IMG/VR virus record: IMGVR_UViG_3300025009_000015
Span: 1 to 58,998 of that record
Direction: 5' to 3' (one strand)
From: a virus
Lineage: Duplodnaviria; Caudoviricetes
DNA length: 58,998 nt
Every line of letters begins with the position of its first letter. The stretch's first letter is position 1. A program made the position numbers and the translations under genes. The notes beneath the pieces were generated by a model that saw only the letters and a program-made list of their open reading frames with translations, did not search any database and was not told where the DNA came from. Below, piece after piece: positions 56,076 through 58,998 of the stretch.

Positions 56076-56407
56076 AGTCTCAACCCTTCGCGGACGACTG
56101 TCACCCCGTCCGAGTCCATCGCGTCGTACGTCCCATCAACACCTGGCCGGAAGATCGCTTTCTTCGGTTCGATCGCCAGCCCGGTCTTCTTACTCACCCT
56201 CAGACTCGAGCACGTCCCGTACGCGTACCAGCACGCTCGTGGGTCGACTATCTCCGCCAGCCTCCGAGCTGTCGCGACAAGATCCAAAGCCTCCTGGTGC
56301 GTCTCGAACGGCCCGAGCAGGACGACGAACTCCCGTTGTGTTTCATCGTACGTCGCGGAAACGTAAAATTGCCTGGATGGATCGACGATCGGGATCTGGT
56401 CTGTCAT
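56072..56407 (-). CDS. Hypothetical protein
   Basis: LLGPFETHQEAL; RBS GGAGG. Confidence 0.7.
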   Translation of the reverse strand: MTDQIPIVDPSRQFYVSATYDETQREFVVLLGPFETHQEALDLVATARRLAEIVDPRACWYAYGTCSSLRVSKKTGLAIEPKKAIFRPGVDGTYDAMDSDGVTVVREGLRL

Positions 56408-56411
56408 GGTT

Positions 56412-57071
56412 TCAACCCTCCGGCCTCATGTATTTTTCGCAGTCCACGTATATGGTATCACAAGAGCCGGACCACTCCGGCTCGAAGGTAAAGATCCCGT
56501 GGTCGTCTCCGGGGCTCCCTAGATGCCACCCGGTCGGGACGGATGCGTCCCGGAACGCTGACGGGGACTTCCCCTGCCGAGCCCTCCGCGCGTTCACCTC
56601 GAGCGCGTAGGCCTCCTCAACCTCGAACGCCACCCGATGCTTCGGCAAAACCGCGCGCTTCGGGGAGACTGGCCAGCTCACCTGTTGCATCACTCCACAC
56701 CTGAGCAGGAGTGAGACGTCTCCCCCCGGGCCGCACAGCTCGAGGCACCGCAGGAGCCACCGCTGGACGTCGCCGAACGGGGGGTTCGAGACGATGGAGA
56801 GGGGGTCGCCGATAGGGGAGGGGACTATCAGCGGTCGGAACAGGTCCTCCCTGGCTACACTCTGAGATTTCGGATCGACGTCGAACATCCAGATCGCGCC
56901 GAACTCTTCTCCGAGTCGACCGTCCCCGGCCCCCACGTCGACTATCCTGCTCGGACACCGGGGGGTATGGTATTCCACCCAGAGGCGGACCAGCCAGCCT
57001 GGTGTGTAGTAGACGCCATTCGGCGACTGTTCCGCTTTTGGGAGGGGGTTTTTTCTGCTGGGTCCTACCAC
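56412..57071 (-). CDS. Small N6-adenine/N4-cytosine DNA methyltransferase
   Basis: YYTPGWLV, DVGAGDG, SNPPF. Confidence 0.8.
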   Translation of the reverse strand: MVGPSRKNPLPKAEQSPNGVYYTPGWLVRLWVEYHTPRCPSRIVDVGAGDGRLGEEFGAIWMFDVDPKSQSVAREDLFRPLIVPSPIGDPLSIVSNPPFGDVQRWLLRCLELCGPGGDVSLLLRCGVMQQVSWPVSPKRAVLPKHRVAFEVEEAYALEVNARRARQGKSPSAFRDASVPTGWHLGSPGDDHGIFTFEPEWSGSCDTIYVDCEKYMRPEG

Positions 57072-57430
57072 GCCATCTCCTTTTTTCGCGCGTTCACAGT
57101 GCGCATTCGTTCGACCTTCCGGGGGTCCTTCCCCATCGTCTCCCGGAGCTGCCGACGCTCACGGTAGCTCCACTCGTCCGACGCGTCGGCGTGGACGGGG
57201 CCTGAACCATCGCGCGACCCCTCCGGATGCCTGACGGTCTCGTATCGTGGGTCCACCTGGAACTCGAGCCAGAGCTCGATCAGGGCGTCGAGAGACACAA
57301 CCTTGCCGTACGCCCCGGGGACCCAGCTCACGACCTGACGACCGCGGGGGCCTGTAGCCTCCCCCGCGAGGTAGCGCTCCTCTCCCAGGTAGATTGCCTC
57401 CCGGTCGTCTATCTCGATGGTGACGTGCAC
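57065..57430 (-). CDS. Hypothetical protein
   Basis: 121 aa; in operon. Confidence 0.6.
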   Translation of the reverse strand: MHVTIEIDDREAIYLGEERYLAGEATGPRGRQVVSWVPGAYGKVVSLDALIELWLEFQVDPRYETVRHPEGSRDGSGPVHADASDEWSYRERRQLRETMGKDPRKVERMRTVNARKKEMAW

Positions 57431-57630
57431 AGGTACGTCCTCTTGTCTGCGACATCTAGTTCGATCCTCTCCCCGTGGAGGATTATACGTGTGGCGTCGA
57501 CATTTTGTCTTCTGGTGATGGCGACGGACCCTCCCCTGTGTCGGGCCATTACCGCAGTGATCTCCGGTATGAGTACCTCATTTGTGTCCGCCGTGATCAC
57601 CACAGAGTTTCCTGTGATTTTGATTTTCAC
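57409..57630 (-). CDS. Hypothetical protein
   Basis: 73 aa; coupled. Confidence 0.55.
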   Translation of the reverse strand: MKIKITGNSVVITADTNEVLIPEITAVMARHRGGSVAITRRQNVDATRIILHGERIELDVADKRTYLCTSPSR

Positions 57631-57785
57631 GGCTCCCTCCGGACCCAGGGTGGCAACAGATTGTACAGCCCGTCGAGCCAGGCCTCAACCTCCGCCAGCT
57701 TTTCAGGCGTCGGGCAGACCTCCCTGGCGATCTGCCGGATCTGCTCTATCTGGTCAGGCCAGAGGAACGCGAATAGGTGGCACAC
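57627..57785 (-). CDS. Small hypothetical protein (52 aa)
   Basis: Translated by hand; GTG start after GGAGG. Confidence 0.5.
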   Translation of the reverse strand: MCHLFAFLWPDQIEQIRQIAREVCPTPEKLAEVEAWLDGLYNLLPPWVRREP

Positions 57786-57795
57786 GAGAACCTCC

Positions 57796-58017
57796 TCAGA
57801 ACGGGGCCGACTCCGGGAGCCCGAATATCCACCGGGGGCGCCGCGCCGTCTCTTCCTGACGGACTCTGACCACCCGCCCGTCCGCGAGCAGTTCGTTCAG
57901 GGCGCGGTAAGCGACGCGCCCCCGACCTGTTTTTTTCATGACTTCCGCAGCCCCAAGCTGCTCCCCCCCCTCGAACACCTGCAGGACTTCGGCCGTAACT
58001 TCCGGTGACATAGGCAT
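57796..58017 (-). CDS. Winged-helix DNA-binding protein, ends ESAPF
   Basis: AAEVMKKTGRGRVAYRALNELLADGRVVR. Confidence 0.65.
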   Translation of the reverse strand: MPMSPEVTAEVLQVFEGGEQLGAAEVMKKTGRGRVAYRALNELLADGRVVRVRQEETARRPRWIFGLPESAPF

Positions 58018-58032
58018 CGGTTTTCCCTCTCC

Positions 58033-58791
58033 TCAGAATTCGGGGGCGTCCCCGAAAAATTTCTCGAGACGCTCGAGCATCTCGAGAGCTCCCATCTCCC
58101 CCCGGTACTCCCCAGCCACTCGAAAAAGCAATTTCTGGATTTTCCCTTGAATCACCTCTTCTCGCTCCACCATCACCTGGAGGTCGTGGAGCACGTCCTG
58201 ATAGGAGCGCTTTTTCAGCGCCTCTGTGACGACCCCCATGGTCTCCTGTTCGGGATTCGCGTCTGCGCCGAGAACGGACTCCGCGAGCCCGCGCACCTTC
58301 GGCCAGCATACCTCGACGAACCCCTCCAGGTCCTTGACCCCGTCCGCGACGTTCTCGCACCCGTCGTCGATCAGGGCCTGGAGCACGCCCCCGATCTTGA
58401 TCCGTATCGCTTCGTCGAGGTTCTCCGAAAGGAGCTCGAGGTCGGTCCGCGCACCCTGATATTTTTCCAGCTTCCCCCTCCACACGTCGACCTGATCTTC
58501 GAGCCCGAGTGTCCGGAGGATATCCTTGCACACCTCCTTGTTGGACTCTCGGTCCCCCTCAACAATTTCGACACCGCCCCGGGTGGCGACCTGGTCCCCC
58601 GGCTGCGCTGTGCAGGAGGGGAGGGACAGATCGAGTCCAAGCACATCCACCAACCCCTCGTTCAGAGAGTCCTGGACGCGCTGGCCCTCCCTGATCCCCC
58701 TCAGGATCCTGTCCGTCAATCGACTGAGGAACGCGCCCGAGCTGTCGAACGCAGAAATTTTGTACACCAGATCCCCTACTCCTATCGACAT
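58033..58791 (-). CDS. Hypothetical protein
   Basis: 252 aa; RBS GGAGG; first gene after a boxed promoter; ends DAPEF. Confidence 0.75.
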   Translation of the reverse strand: MSIGVGDLVYKISAFDSSGAFLSRLTDRILRGIREGQRVQDSLNEGLVDVLGLDLSLPSCTAQPGDQVATRGGVEIVEGDRESNKEVCKDILRTLGLEDQVDVWRGKLEKYQGARTDLELLSENLDEAIRIKIGGVLQALIDDGCENVADGVKDLEGFVEVCWPKVRGLAESVLGADANPEQETMGVVTEALKKRSYQDVLHDLQVMVEREEVIQGKIQKLLFRVAGEYRGEMGALEMLERLEKFFGDAPEF

Positions 58792-58830
58792 GACATACCC
58801 TCCTGCTGTGAAAATTTAAACCTGTATCTA

Positions 58831-58872
58831 ATCTATACAAGTATCGAAAAAATAGTCAATAGAAAAATTCAC
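58831..58872 (-). promoter_or_regulatory. Boxed sigma70-like promoter overlapping the polA stop codon
   Basis: GTGAATTTTTCTA-TTGACT...TATAGAT. Confidence 0.65.
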
Positions 58873-58998
58873 TCCATCGGGGCGAGGTAGCCGTCCGTGT
58901 CGTAGACCGGCTTGATCTCCCGCCCGGTTTTCCGGTCCTTGATCCAGCGGCGCGCGTATGCTGCTGTGCTCCGGATCGGGACGTCGGGGAACCAGAAC
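58872..58998. repeat. Terminal overlap, identical to 1-127
   Basis: Exact repeat. Confidence 0.95.

Noticed and set aside
58872-58998. 127-bp terminal repeat as a biological DTR
   Set aside because: It falls inside the polA CDS and its length matches a common assembler k-mer; best read as circular overlap
1-58998. Prophage or temperate lifestyle
   Set aside because: No integrase, ParA or host flanks recognised; the single XRE HTH is not enough

Overview
The window is a complete, circularly assembled genome of about 58.87 kb. Positions 1-127 equal 58872-58998, which looks like an assembler overlap. It is a GC-rich tailed phage with a contractile tail: DUF1073-type portal, DUF2213 protease/scaffold, DUF2184 capsid, DUF3383 sheath, baseplate J. 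No integrase, CRISPR array or reverse transcriptase is visible. The replication genes are a family-A DNA polymerase that spans the junction and is missing from the ORF track, an SF2 helicase, a Cas4-like nuclease, a primase-helicase, two SSB-like proteins and an enlarged DnaN clamp. There are three DNA methyltransferases. Most unusual features: (1) The plus-strand morphogenesis operon is broken up by minus-strand accessory cassettes that meet it head-on without visible terminators. (2) Thirteen sigma70-type minus-strand promoters share a GTGAATT(A/T)TT box, which also sits 26-28 nt before a plus-strand -10 element, suggesting a repeated bidirectional early/late switch. (3) Seven unrelated proteins end in the same [A/V]-P-F-stop tail, like the SSB C-terminus, while the canonical SSB lacks a tail. 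(4) There are two arrays of tRNA-like or stem-closed small RNAs. (5) A ~180-220 bp non-coding element occurs in three dispersed copies. (6) The C5-methyltransferase has a duplicated TRD/motif IX-X module at its N-terminus. All family assignments come from motifs recognised by eye and from gene order; no database searches were run.
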